Assembly: GCA_963837695.1 (NCBI GenBank)
Contig: CAWINZ010000005.1
Coordinates: 220,155 to 284,154 of the forward strand
Direction: 5' to 3'
DNA: 64,000 bases
Origin: an uncultured Solirubrobacterales bacterium
GTDB lineage: Bacteria; Actinomycetota; Thermoleophilia; Solirubrobacterales; 70-9
Of this stretch, positions 8,451-17,130 are shown piece after piece. Each line of letters begins with the position of its first letter. The first letter of the stretch is position 1. Position numbers and translations under genes: made by a program. The notes under the pieces were generated by a model. That model saw only the letters and a list, made by a program, of their open reading frames with translations. It did not search any database and had not been told where the DNA came from.

Positions 8451-9854
8451 ATGACGAAGCGCAACGACGGCACCGCGGCCGACGTGCTGACGATCTTCGG
8501 GATCAGCGGCGACCTGGCGAAGAAAATGACCTTCCGGGCGCTCTACCGGCTGGAGGCCCGCGGCAAGCTCGACTGCCCGATCGTCGGCGTCGCGATCGAC
8601 GACTGGGACGACGAGAAGCTGCGCCGGCACGCCCACGACGCGATCGGCGCCACGGTCGGCAGCCCCGACGAAGACGTCTTCAAGCGCCTCGCCGACCGCC
8701 TCACCTACATCCAGGGCGACTACGCCGACGCGGCCACCTTCGAGCGGGTCGGCAAGGCGATCGGCAAGGCCAAGCGCCCCGTCTTCTACCTCGAGATCCC
8801 ACCGTCGCTCTTCGCCACGGTCGTTCACGGCCTGGGTGAGGCCGGGCTGACCGAGAACGCGCGGGTCGTGATCGAGAAGCCCTTCGGCCACGACCTCTCC
8901 TCGGCGCGGGCGCTCAACGCCGAACTGGGCGAGGTCCTGGAGGAGGAGCAGATCCTGCGCATCGACCATTACCTCGGCAAGGAGCCGGTGATGGACATCA
9001 CCTACCTGCGCTTCGCCAACTCGGTGCTGGAGCCGGTCTGGAACCGCGAGCACGTCGCGCACGTGCAGATGACGATCGCCGAGAACTTCGGCGTCGACGA
9101 CCGCGGCCGCTTCTATGACGCGGTCGGGGCGATGCGCGACGTGATCCAGAACCACGCCCTGCAGGTCCTGGCGCTGGTCGGGATGGGGCCGCCGACCGGC
9201 AACCACCACGACTCGATCCGCGACAAGAAGCTGGAATTCTTCAAAGCGACGCGGACCGCCGACCCGAAGCGCTACGTGCGCGGCCAGTACGAGGGCTTCC
9301 GCGACGTCAAGGACGTCGCCCCCGACTCGACCACCGAGACCTTCGCCGCGGTCGAGCTGGAGGTCGACAACTGGCGTTGGAGCGGCGTCCCCTTCTTCAT
9401 CCGCGCCGGCAAGTGCATGCCGGCGAAGGCGAGCGAGGTAACGGTCACCTTCAAGCGCCCACCGCCGCTCGGGGTCGGCGGGGGGAAACCCGACCCGAAC
9501 CAGCTGACCGTGCGGATCGAGCCCACCCCCGGCGCGCGCATCCGCCTCTTCGCCAAGCGGGCCGGCGAGGAGGCCTTCGAACCGGCCGACCTCGAGGTGC
9601 TGTTCGAAAAGGTCCCCGGGGAGGAGCCCGAGCCCTACGAGCGTCTGCTCGGTGACGCGCTCGCCGGCCGCCACCAACTCTTCACCCGCCAGGATACGGT
9701 CGAGGAGACCTGGCGGATCGTCGAGCCGCTGCTGGAGGAACCGGGCCCGGTTCACCCTTACGAGCCCGGCACCTGGGGGCCGAAGGAGGCCGACGATCTG
9801 ACCCGCGGCCTTGCCCAGTGGTACGAGCCCTGGCTGCCTGAGAAGGCCGAGTGA
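8451..9854 (+). CDS. zwf: glucose-6-phosphate 1-dehydrogenase
   Basis: ORF trimmed to MTKRND at 8451. FGISGDLAKKMTF, RIDHYLGKE and DVIQNH signature motifs. Confidence 0.9.
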   Translation: MTKRNDGTAADVLTIFGISGDLAKKMTFRALYRLEARGKLDCPIVGVAIDDWDDEKLRRHAHDAIGATVGSPDEDVFKRLADRLTYIQGDYADAATFERVGKAIGKAKRPVFYLEIPPSLFATVVHGLGEAGLTENARVVIEKPFGHDLSSARALNAELGEVLEEEQILRIDHYLGKEPVMDITYLRFANSVLEPVWNREHVAHVQMTIAENFGVDDRGRFYDAVGAMRDVIQNHALQVLALVGMGPPTGNHHDSIRDKKLEFFKATRTADPKRYVRGQYEGFRDVKDVAPDSTTETFAAVELEVDNWRWSGVPFFIRAGKCMPAKASEVTVTFKRPPPLGVGGGKPDPNQLTVRIEPTPGARIRLFAKRAGEEAFEPADLEVLFEKVPGEEPEPYERLLGDALAGRHQLFTRQDTVEETWRIVEPLLEEPGPVHPYEPGTWGPKEADDLTRGLAQWYEPWLPEKAE

Positions 9855-9882
9855 CCTGCGCGGATACGGCCCCTCCCCGACG

Positions 9883-9907
9883 TCCCGCGTAGCGCTGCTA
9901 CGCGGGA
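9883..9907 (+). terminator. 11-bp stem hairpin after zwf
   Basis: tcccgcgtagc / gct / gctacgcggga read directly. No T-tract follows. Confidence 0.35.
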
Positions 9908-9989
9908 GTCGTGTCGTGACCGTCCCGCTTGGTCATCGACCTTCTCAGATCTAAATCCAACTCCTGTGCTAGGTTTTCGGTCGCCCTCA

Positions 9990-10008
9990 TTAGGGCGACC
10001 TAACCGAT
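9990..10008. promoter_or_regulatory. possible DtxR/IdeR-type iron box overlapping the efeU start
   Basis: ttagggcgacctaaccgat matches 13 of 19 positions of the DtxR consensus TTAGGTTAGCCTAACCTAA (hand-aligned). It sits inside a longer hairpin, ggtcgccc..gggcgacc. Confidence 0.3.
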
Positions 10009-10891
10009 GATCCCAACTCTTGTAATAGCACTGCGCGAGGGCGTCGAGGCGGCGCTGATCGTCGGCATCATCGCCGCCTTCCTGGTCAAGGAGGGGCGAC
10101 GGGACGCGATCAGGCAGATGTGGCTCGGCGTCGGCGTCGCGGTCGCCCTCTGCGTCGGCGTCGCGGTGCTGCTCAAGGTCGTCGGCGAACAGCTTCCCCA
10201 GCGCGAGCAGGAGGGCCTGGAGACGGTGATCGGCCTGATCGCGGTCACCGCCGTCACCTACATGATCGTCTGGATGCGGCGCAACGCACGCGGCATCAAA
10301 AAGGCGCTGGAAGGGAGCGCGGCAAGCGCGCTGGCCCAGGGCTCGGCGATGGCACTGGTCGCGATGGCCTTCCTCGCCGTCCTGCGCGAGGGCTTTGAGA
10401 CCTCGGTGTTCCTGCTCGCCGCCTTTCAGGACGCCGGCGACACCACGGCCGCCGGCGCGGGCGCGGTAATCGGGCTGGTCGCGGCGATCGCGATCGGCCT
10501 CGGTATCTACCGCGGCGGCGTGCGGATCAACCTGACCCGCTTCTTCCGCATCACCGGCCTGATCCTCGTCTTCGTCGCCGCCGGCCTGCTCTCGACCTCG
10601 CTGCACACCGCCCACGGGGCGGGCTGGTTCAACGACCTGCAGGGGCAGGCCATAGACCTCACCTGGCTGGTCCAGCCGGGGACGATCTCCGGCTCGCTAC
10701 TGACCGGGATGCTGGGGCTGCAGCCGCAGCCGACCGTCGGCGAGGCGCTCGTCTACCTGCTCTACGCGGTGCCGATGGCGCTGTACGTGCTCTGGCCCGA
10801 CCGGCTGCGCCTGCGCCGTCGCACCGCCCCGGCGAGCAAGCAACGCGCCACCGCCGAGGGTCGCCCGGCGGCGGCGCAGAGCCCGGCCTGA
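10007..10891 (+). CDS. efeU: FTR1/EfeU-family iron permease
   Basis: Polytopic membrane protein with two REG.E motifs (ALREGVEAAL, VLREGFETSV), typical of FTR1/EfeU. Confidence 0.8.
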   Translation: MIPTLVIALREGVEAALIVGIIAAFLVKEGRRDAIRQMWLGVGVAVALCVGVAVLLKVVGEQLPQREQEGLETVIGLIAVTAVTYMIVWMRRNARGIKKALEGSAASALAQGSAMALVAMAFLAVLREGFETSVFLLAAFQDAGDTTAAGAGAVIGLVAAIAIGLGIYRGGVRINLTRFFRITGLILVFVAAGLLSTSLHTAHGAGWFNDLQGQAIDLTWLVQPGTISGSLLTGMLGLQPQPTVGEALVYLLYAVPMALYVLWPDRLRLRRRTAPASKQRATAEGRPAAAQSPA

Positions 10892-10913
10892 GCCCAACGG
10901 CGACCTCGACTCG

Positions 10914-12149
10914 ATGCCCCCGATAACCCGTCGCCGGCTGCTGGCCTCGGCAGGAGCCGGAGGCGCCGGCCTCGCACTCGGTGGCGCGGGTGGCTTCCTG
11001 ATCGGCCAGGAGACCGCGGAGGCGAGCGCCGAGGGGACCGGCTCGGTCGCCTTCTACGGCGAGCACCAGGCCGGGATCGACACCCCGGCGCAAGACCGAC
11101 TCCACTTCGCCGCCTTCGACCTGGTCACCGAAAGCCGCGCCGATTTGCGCGAGCTGCTGCGCGAGTGGTCGCGGGCGGCGGCGGAAATGACCGCGGGGGA
11201 ACCGATCGGCGATGCCGACGACGTTCCGCTCGCGCCTCCCGAAGACACCGGCGAGACGATCGGCCTGCTCCCCTCCCGCCTCACCGTCACCTTCGGCTTC
11301 GGACCGGGCCTGTTCGAGCGGCGCCGCCTTGGTCTGCGCGGCAGGCGACCCGCCGCGCTGCGGACGATCCCAGCCCTGCCGGGTGACGAGTTGAACGCGG
11401 AAGAAAGCGGCGGCGACCTCTGCGTGCAGGCGTGCAGCGACGACCCGCAGGTCGCCTTCCACGCCGTTCGCAATCTGGCCCGGATAGGCCGCGGGACCGT
11501 GGTCATGCGCTGGTCTCAGCTCGGCTTCGGCCGTACCGCGAGCACCAGCCGCGGCCAGAGCACGCCGCGCAACCTGATGGGCTTCAAGGACGGCACCGCG
11601 AACATCCGCGCCGAGGACACCGAGGCGATGCGCCGCTTCGTCTGGGTCGGCGACGAGGGCCCCGCCTGGATGCGCGGCGGCAGTTACCTGGTCAGCCGCC
11701 GCATCCGCATGCTGCTGGAGGTCTGGGACCGCTCGGGGCTGGAAGACCAGGAGCAGACGATCGGCCGCGACAAGTACGAGGGGGCGCCGCTGGGTGAGAG
11801 CAGCGAGTCCGATCCGCTCGACCTCGAGGCGCAGAGCGGCGGCAAGCCGACGATCCCGGTCGACGCCCACGTGCGCCTCGCCTCGGCCTCGATGAACAGC
11901 GGCGAGCGGATCCTGCGCCGCGGCTACTCCTTCACCGACGGCGTCGACGAGAGCCTCGGCGAGCTCGAAGCCGGTCTCTTCTTCATCTGCTTCCAGCGCG
12001 ACCCGCGGCGCCAGTTCGTGCCGATCCAGCGCCGGCTCGGCTCCAACGACGCCCTCAACGAGTACATCAAGCACGTCGGCAGCGCCGTCTTCGCCGTCCC
12101 CCCAGGCGCTCGTCAGGGCGGCTACGTAGGTGAAGCCCTGCTCGGCTGA
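10914..12149 (+). CDS. efeB: Dyp-type peroxidase / deferrochelatase EfeB, Tat-exported
   Basis: Twin-arginine signal TRRRLLASAGAGGAG. Dyp-like GFKDGTANI and RRGYSF motifs. Lies between efeU and efeO. Confidence 0.85.
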   Translation: MPPITRRRLLASAGAGGAGLALGGAGGFLIGQETAEASAEGTGSVAFYGEHQAGIDTPAQDRLHFAAFDLVTESRADLRELLREWSRAAAEMTAGEPIGDADDVPLAPPEDTGETIGLLPSRLTVTFGFGPGLFERRRLGLRGRRPAALRTIPALPGDELNAEESGGDLCVQACSDDPQVAFHAVRNLARIGRGTVVMRWSQLGFGRTASTSRGQSTPRNLMGFKDGTANIRAEDTEAMRRFVWVGDEGPAWMRGGSYLVSRRIRMLLEVWDRSGLEDQEQTIGRDKYEGAPLGESSESDPLDLEAQSGGKPTIPVDAHVRLASASMNSGERILRRGYSFTDGVDESLGELEAGLFFICFQRDPRRQFVPIQRRLGSNDALNEYIKHVGSAVFAVPPGARQGGYVGEALLG

Positions 12150-12234
12150 CCAGCGCATATTCCGACTACATCTGTCGGTATTTGTTAGGGTGCCCTAACT
12201 CTCGTCATTTGACACCCACCAAGGAGCATCCCCG

Positions 12235-13356
12235 ATGAACCGACTTCCCGTCCGCGCAGCGCTGCTCATCGCCGGCGCCGCCCTTCTCGCCCTCTCCGCG
12301 AGCGCCTGCGGGTCCGGCGACGACCCGCCCGCGGGAGCGAAGACGATGGCCTTCCAGCTGACCGACGCCGGTTGCGTGCCGAACTCGGCGAAGGCCCCGG
12401 CCGGGCCGGTCGTCTTCGAGGTGGAAAACGCCGGCGCCGGCAAGGTGAGCGAGTTCGAGGTCCTGGACGGGGAGACGATCCTGGGTGAGAAGGAGAACCT
12501 GGCCGACGGGCTCTCCGGCAGCTTCTCGCTGACCCTCGATCCGGGCGAGTACACCCTCTACTGCCCGGGCGGGGAGGACGAGCGCGGCACCTTGACGGTC
12601 AGCGGCGCGAGGACCGCAAGCGACAGCCCCGGCGAAGCGGCGGCCGTCGCGCGGTACCGCGACTACCTGGAGAAGAACACCGCTGAGCTGGTCGCCGCCA
12701 CGGCGCCGTTCGTCGCCGCGGTCGAAGCGGGCGAAGTCGAGCAGGCAAAAGCGCTCTACCCGGCTGCCCGCATCCCCTACGAGCGGATCGAGCCGGTCGC
12801 CGAGTCCTTCGGCGACCTCGACCCCCGCATCGACGCCCGCGAGAACGACGTGCCCGCGAAGAAATGGAGCGGCTTCCACGTGATCGAGAAGGCGCTCTGG
12901 GAAGAAGGCACGGCGGACGGGACGGGCCCGGTCGCGAAGCAGCTGCTCGCCGACGTCGAAGAGTTGCGGAGCAAGGTGAAGACGGTCGATCTGCAGGCGG
13001 TGCAGATCGCCAACGGCGCCAACGAGCTGCTCGGCGAGGTCTCGGCCTCGAAGATCACCGGCGAGGAGGAGCGCTACGCGCACACCGACCTGGTCGACTT
13101 CGAGGCCAACGTCGAAGGGGCCGAGGCGGCCTTCGAAGCGGTCGAGCCGCTGCTCTCGAACCAGGACCCCAAGCCGGCCAAGGAAATCGAAGCGCAGTTC
13201 GACGCGGTCCACGCGGCGCTCGAGCCCTACCGGCGCGGTGAGGGCTTCGTCCCCTACACCGGGCTGACCCAGGCCGATACCCGCAAGCTGGCGCAGGAAA
13301 TCGACGCACTTGCCGAGCTGCTCTCCCAGGTGCCGGCCCTGATCGTCCAGCAGTAG
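12235..13356 (+). CDS. efeO: EfeO/EfeM-type iron uptake lipoprotein (cupredoxin-like plus imelysin-like domains)
   Basis: Lipobox LSASAC. N-terminal cupredoxin-like region ending YTLYCPGG. C-terminal helical imelysin-like region. efe operon context. Confidence 0.75.
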   Translation: MNRLPVRAALLIAGAALLALSASACGSGDDPPAGAKTMAFQLTDAGCVPNSAKAPAGPVVFEVENAGAGKVSEFEVLDGETILGEKENLADGLSGSFSLTLDPGEYTLYCPGGEDERGTLTVSGARTASDSPGEAAAVARYRDYLEKNTAELVAATAPFVAAVEAGEVEQAKALYPAARIPYERIEPVAESFGDLDPRIDARENDVPAKKWSGFHVIEKALWEEGTADGTGPVAKQLLADVEELRSKVKTVDLQAVQIANGANELLGEVSASKITGEEERYAHTDLVDFEANVEGAEAAFEAVEPLLSNQDPKPAKEIEAQFDAVHAALEPYRRGEGFVPYTGLTQADTRKLAQEIDALAELLSQVPALIVQQ

Positions 13357-13371
13357 CCGTAGGCTGGGCTC

Positions 13372-14946
13372 ATGACGGTCCAGACGGAGCTACAGGTCGA
13401 AAATCGCGCCGATGCGCTGCTCGGGAAGCTGGGCTTCCAGCACTGGCGGCCCGGGCAGAAGGAGGCGGTTGAGGCGGCGCTTGAGGGGCGCGACTCGTTG
13501 ATCGTGATGCCGACCGGCGGTGGCAAGAGCCTCTGCTACCAGCTGCCCGGCCTGGCGACGGAGGATCTGACGATCGTGGTCAGTCCGCTGATCGCGCTGA
13601 TGAACGACCAGTGGAAGCGCCTCACCGCGGCCGGGCACCCGGTGGCGATGATCTCCTCGGGAATGAGCGACGAGCGAGCCCGCGAGGCCCTGGCCCAGGT
13701 GCGCGGGGGCGAGGCGCGGATCGTCTACTGCTCGCCGGAGCGCTTCGGCTCGAACGTCTTCCTGGGCGCGATCGAACAGCGCCGCATCGACCTGCTCGCG
13801 GTCGACGAGGCGCACTGCGTGTCGGAGTGGGGGCACGACTTCCGCCCCGACTACCTGCGGTTGCCAGAGATCGCGCAGCGGCTCGGGCGGCCGACCGTGA
13901 TGGCCTGCACGGCGACGGCGACCGAGGCGGTGGCGCGCGAGATCGCCGCGCGCTTCGAGATGCGCGAGCCGCTCAAGGTCCGCTCGGGCTTCGACCGTCC
14001 CAATCTCTCCTTCGACGTCGTCCGCCTCGAAGGCACCGGCTCCAAGGCACGGCGGATGGCGCTACTCGAAGCCGGTTTGGCCGACCCCGCCAACCGCCCG
14101 GCGATCGTCTACTGCGGCACCCGCCGCGACACCGACGAGGTGGCGGAAGCGCTGCGCGAAGCCGGGCTGCGGGCGCTGCGCTACCACGCCGGCATGGAGG
14201 CCGAGGACCGCAGCGACACCCAGGCCCGCTTCATGAGCGGCGAGGTCGAGGTGATCGTCGCCACCAACGCCTTCGGCATGGGTGTGGATAAGGCCGACGT
14301 GCGCTCGGTCTGGCACATGGCGATCCCGACCAGCCTCGAGGCCTACTACCAGGAGGCCGGGCGCGGCGGGCGCGACGGGCTGCCGGCGAAAGCCGTGCTG
14401 CTGGCGATGAAAGCCGACCTCGGCCGGCTGGTCCGCTTCAACCAGCAGCGCGCCGGCAATCCCGACCTGGCGATCGCCCACGAGCGCGGCTGGCGCGACT
14501 ACCAGACGATCAAATCCTTCATCTACTCCGAGCGCTGCCGGCGGCGCAGCGTCCTCGACCACTTCGGCGACAGCCAGGCCGGCGCGCCACTGGAGCGCTG
14601 CTGTGACGTCTGCGACCCGCACGGCTGGCTGCCCGACCCAGAGACGATCGCGATCCGCCGCAAGCCGAGGGCCAAGAAGGCCGCGGCGCCCCCCGCCGAG
14701 CTGTCGCCGGACGACGCGGCCCTGTTCGAACAACTGAAGGCGTGGCGCCTACGCGCCGCCGACGGCAACCCGGCCTTCACCGTCGCCCACAACTCGACCC
14801 TGGAAGCAATCGCCGCGACCAAGCCGGCTACGGACGACGCCCTGTTGGCAATCAAAGGCATCGGCCCCAGCTTCGTCTCCAAGTACGCGCCAGAGGTGCT
14901 GAGGATCGTCGTGGAGCGCAGCACGACGGTCTGCGACGATTTATAG
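13372..14946 (+). CDS. recQ: ATP-dependent DNA helicase RecQ
   Basis: MPTGGGKSLCYQLP, DEAHCVSEWGHDFRPDY and TNAFGMGVDK motifs, a Zn-binding Cys cluster and a C-terminal HRDC-like region. Confidence 0.9.
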   Translation: MTVQTELQVENRADALLGKLGFQHWRPGQKEAVEAALEGRDSLIVMPTGGGKSLCYQLPGLATEDLTIVVSPLIALMNDQWKRLTAAGHPVAMISSGMSDERAREALAQVRGGEARIVYCSPERFGSNVFLGAIEQRRIDLLAVDEAHCVSEWGHDFRPDYLRLPEIAQRLGRPTVMACTATATEAVAREIAARFEMREPLKVRSGFDRPNLSFDVVRLEGTGSKARRMALLEAGLADPANRPAIVYCGTRRDTDEVAEALREAGLRALRYHAGMEAEDRSDTQARFMSGEVEVIVATNAFGMGVDKADVRSVWHMAIPTSLEAYYQEAGRGGRDGLPAKAVLLAMKADLGRLVRFNQQRAGNPDLAIAHERGWRDYQTIKSFIYSERCRRRSVLDHFGDSQAGAPLERCCDVCDPHGWLPDPETIAIRRKPRAKKAAAPPAELSPDDAALFEQLKAWRLRAADGNPAFTVAHNSTLEAIAATKPATDDALLAIKGIGPSFVSKYAPEVLRIVVERSTTVCDDL

Positions 14947-14959
14947 ACTAAATACCTGA

Positions 14960-15370
14960 ATGATCATCGACGCTATCCCCATTGCAGCGGCAACCTCAAG
15001 CGACGGGGTGTTGGTTTTGGTTGGAGCCGTGGTCGGCGCGGTAGCCACGATCGTGGTGGCCGGGCTGACCCCTGTCGGCGAATGGATCAAGCGCAAAGAC
15101 AGCCTCAAGTCCTATCGGCGCAACGTCTATCGAAACTTTCTCGATCACGCCTACTGGCTTCGAGACAAAAGCCTCAGCAAAGACAAGCGCCAAGAACGAG
15201 CGGAGAAGTACGTCGCCGACTGGCACCGAATTCAACTCATCGGCGGGACCGAGGTCCAAGCCAAGGCCAAGGCGCTTCGCGATCCCGGCAGCCTGAAACC
15301 GAAGATGGAGGACGACCTGATCAAGGCCTTCAAGCGCGAGCTTCGTGTGGGAGGCCTAAACGACAGCTAG
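14960..15370 (+). CDS. hypothetical N-terminally membrane-anchored protein (lower GC)
   Basis: 136-aa ORF with one TM helix (VLVLVGAVVGAVATIVVAGL) followed by a Lys/Arg-rich helical region. Confidence 0.5.
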   Translation: MIIDAIPIAAATSSDGVLVLVGAVVGAVATIVVAGLTPVGEWIKRKDSLKSYRRNVYRNFLDHAYWLRDKSLSKDKRQERAEKYVADWHRIQLIGGTEVQAKAKALRDPGSLKPKMEDDLIKAFKRELRVGGLNDS

Positions 15371-15387
15371 CGGCCCCCTCGGAGGCC

Positions 15388-15642
15388 TCAGACGTCGTCG
15401 CGGCCGAAGTTGGCGAGCGCCACCTGTTCGACGAGCTTTAGCAGGCCGAGGGTCGAGTGCGGCGAGGAGGCGGTGCTGCGCATGCGGACGTGGGAGCCGT
15501 GCGGTCCCCTGATCTCGATGGTGGTGCAGATGACGCCGACTTCGCCCCGTGAAATGCCGAGGCCGCCTCTCGGGCGGCCTCGCGCCCTGTCGACGAAACA
15601 ACAGGGGTTGCGACGCAATATAGAGCCAGGTCCGCGGGCCAT
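15388..15642 (-). CDS. small conserved hypothetical protein, paralogue of 16740..16976 (N-terminus uncertain)
   Basis: The C-terminal ~50 aa (IEIRGPHGSHVRMRSTASSPHSTLGLLKL.EQVALANFGRDDV) are nearly identical to the second copy. Confidence 0.4.
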   Translation of the reverse strand: MARGPGSILRRNPCCFVDRARGRPRGGLGISRGEVGVICTTIEIRGPHGSHVRMRSTASSPHSTLGLLKLVEQVALANFGRDDV

Positions 15643-15718
15643 GCCCTACCTCTGCTGGAGGGTCTGATCGAACCGGCTGGCACCACCGCCCCGCCTGACC
15701 TGATCCAGACTCGTTGGT

Positions 15719-16189
15719 CTACAACCGTCCGGTGCTTTCCTCTTCTGCCACCAAGGCTTCGACGTCGTCAAGCGCCTCCTCGGGGCTGACAAGTCGCCAC
15801 GGCTCGCGACCCTCGCCGTGCGGAGGATGGCGGTGATAGGACATCTCCGGATGGCGCTGAGGATCGAAGCAGTAGCGGAGCGATGCGTTGCCCACCTGGC
15901 CGTGGTAGGCGTAGCCGATCAACCAGTAGCCCTGCTCCCCGTGGGCGTTCTCGACGTGATCGCTTGACCAGAACTCGACGATGTTGAAGGTGACACGAGG
16001 ATCCGGCTCGGCCCTGTCGCCCTCGCCTCGGAGAGCGACGCCCTTCAGCCTCACCAGGCCCAGCGGCGGATCCTCACGCCACTCGTTCGGATCGCGGCCC
16101 CCGGGGTCGATCAAATAGCCACGCACGAAGAGCATCTCCTGGAGGTGCTCGAAGCGCCGGTAGGCGATCAGGATCGCTCGCTCACGCAT
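15719..16189 (-). CDS. hypothetical protein, tentative TumE/DUF6516-like toxin family
   Basis: ORF trimmed to MRERAILIAY. YAYHGQ..LRYCFDPQRHPEMSYHRHPPHG resembles the Y.YH..RYDN.PHH....HHKH pattern of that family, judged by eye only. Confidence 0.4.
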   Translation of the reverse strand: MRERAILIAYRRFEHLQEMLFVRGYLIDPGGRDPNEWREDPPLGLVRLKGVALRGEGDRAEPDPRVTFNIVEFWSSDHVENAHGEQGYWLIGYAYHGQVGNASLRYCFDPQRHPEMSYHRHPPHGEGREPWRLVSPEEALDDVEALVAEEESTGRL

Positions 16190-16332
16190 GCCGAGAGTTT
16201 CTACAGGCGCCCTCGGATATCCCGTGCCTGAGCACGCCTGGGGCCGCGTATGCCGAATTCCTGGATTTAGAGGATTATTTGGAATCTGCCGATACAACTG
16301 CAACAATGTCTGAAAGCCAAAGGGGGTGGCAG

Positions 16333-16701
16333 ATGACCGAACTCTCCGATCACTACATGCGTGTGCGGGACTATGCCCGTAAGTTCTCTCTCGACGAGTC
16401 GACCGTCTACAAGATGATCGACCGGGGAGAGATCAAGGCCATCCGCATCGGCAAGAAGACGCTCCGCATCCCCTCAAGCGAGCTGGAGCGCTACCTCGAG
16501 CGTGAGCCGACGATAGAGCCTGACGCGGCCGCCCTGGGCAAGCGAGTCGAGGCGTTTCGCAAGGAGAACGGGAGAGATCCGGGCTCGTTCGTCGACGCTT
16601 GGCGCAGCGGGGAGATCGAGGACACGCCTGAGAATGCGGAGGTTGCAATCGAGGCCCTCGCTTTGCGCACGGCTCTCGCTCGCCATCGGGTCGCCGCGTA
16701 G
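16333..16701 (+). CDS. excisionase-family (MerR-like) helix-turn-helix DNA-binding protein
   Basis: ORF trimmed to MTELSD. VRDYARKFSLDESTVYKMIDRGEIKAIRIGKKTLRIP is the classic excisionase-family HTH. Confidence 0.6.
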   Translation: MTELSDHYMRVRDYARKFSLDESTVYKMIDRGEIKAIRIGKKTLRIPSSELERYLEREPTIEPDAAALGKRVEAFRKENGRDPGSFVDAWRSGEIEDTPENAEVAIEALALRTALARHRVAA

Positions 16702-16739
16702 CATCCTGATGAACCCCCTGGATTTAAGCCGGGCTCCGG

Positions 16740-16976
16740 CTAAACGTCGTCCCGGCCGAAGTTCGCCAGCGCCACCTGTTCGGCGAGCTTGAGCAGGCCC
16801 AAGGTCGAGTGCGGCGAGGAGGCGGTGCTGCGCATTCGCACGTGGGAGCCGTGCGGACCCCTGATCTCGACGATCGTGCAGATGTCGCCGATCTCGCAGT
16901 CGTCCCCGTAGTCGGCTTCGATCGCTTCCATCTGCGAGGCGATGTGCTGCCCCACTTTGCTCTGGTCAAGCGGCAT
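16740..16976 (-). CDS. small conserved hypothetical protein (full-length paralogue of 15388..15642)
   Basis: 78-aa ORF. ~150 bp of DNA are clearly homologous to 15388..~15545. Confidence 0.5.
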   Translation of the reverse strand: MPLDQSKVGQHIASQMEAIEADYGDDCEIGDICTIVEIRGPHGSHVRMRSTASSPHSTLGLLKLAEQVALANFGRDDV

Positions 16977-17130
16977 CTGGTCTTTCCCTTCCCGTAGTCG
17001 TGTCGGTCCCAGTCTGCCATGCGATGCCGTCTTTCCCGCCTATATGGCGAGAAGGACGGCAGGCGGATTGCAGTGCCCCCTACCGTCACCTGCCCGCGAG
17101 GGCCGCTTGCCACTATGTCCGGTTCGTTCG

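Noticed and set aside
6626-9854. Pentose-phosphate cluster lacking opcA as an anomaly
   Set aside because: Gene content and order (pgl, gnd, divergent zwf, rpiA nearby) are ordinary. The absence of opcA inside one window is not informative.
10659-12158. 499-aa minus-strand ORF
   Set aside because: It is antisense to efeB and the end of efeU. The plus-strand genes have clear family motifs and a Tat signal.
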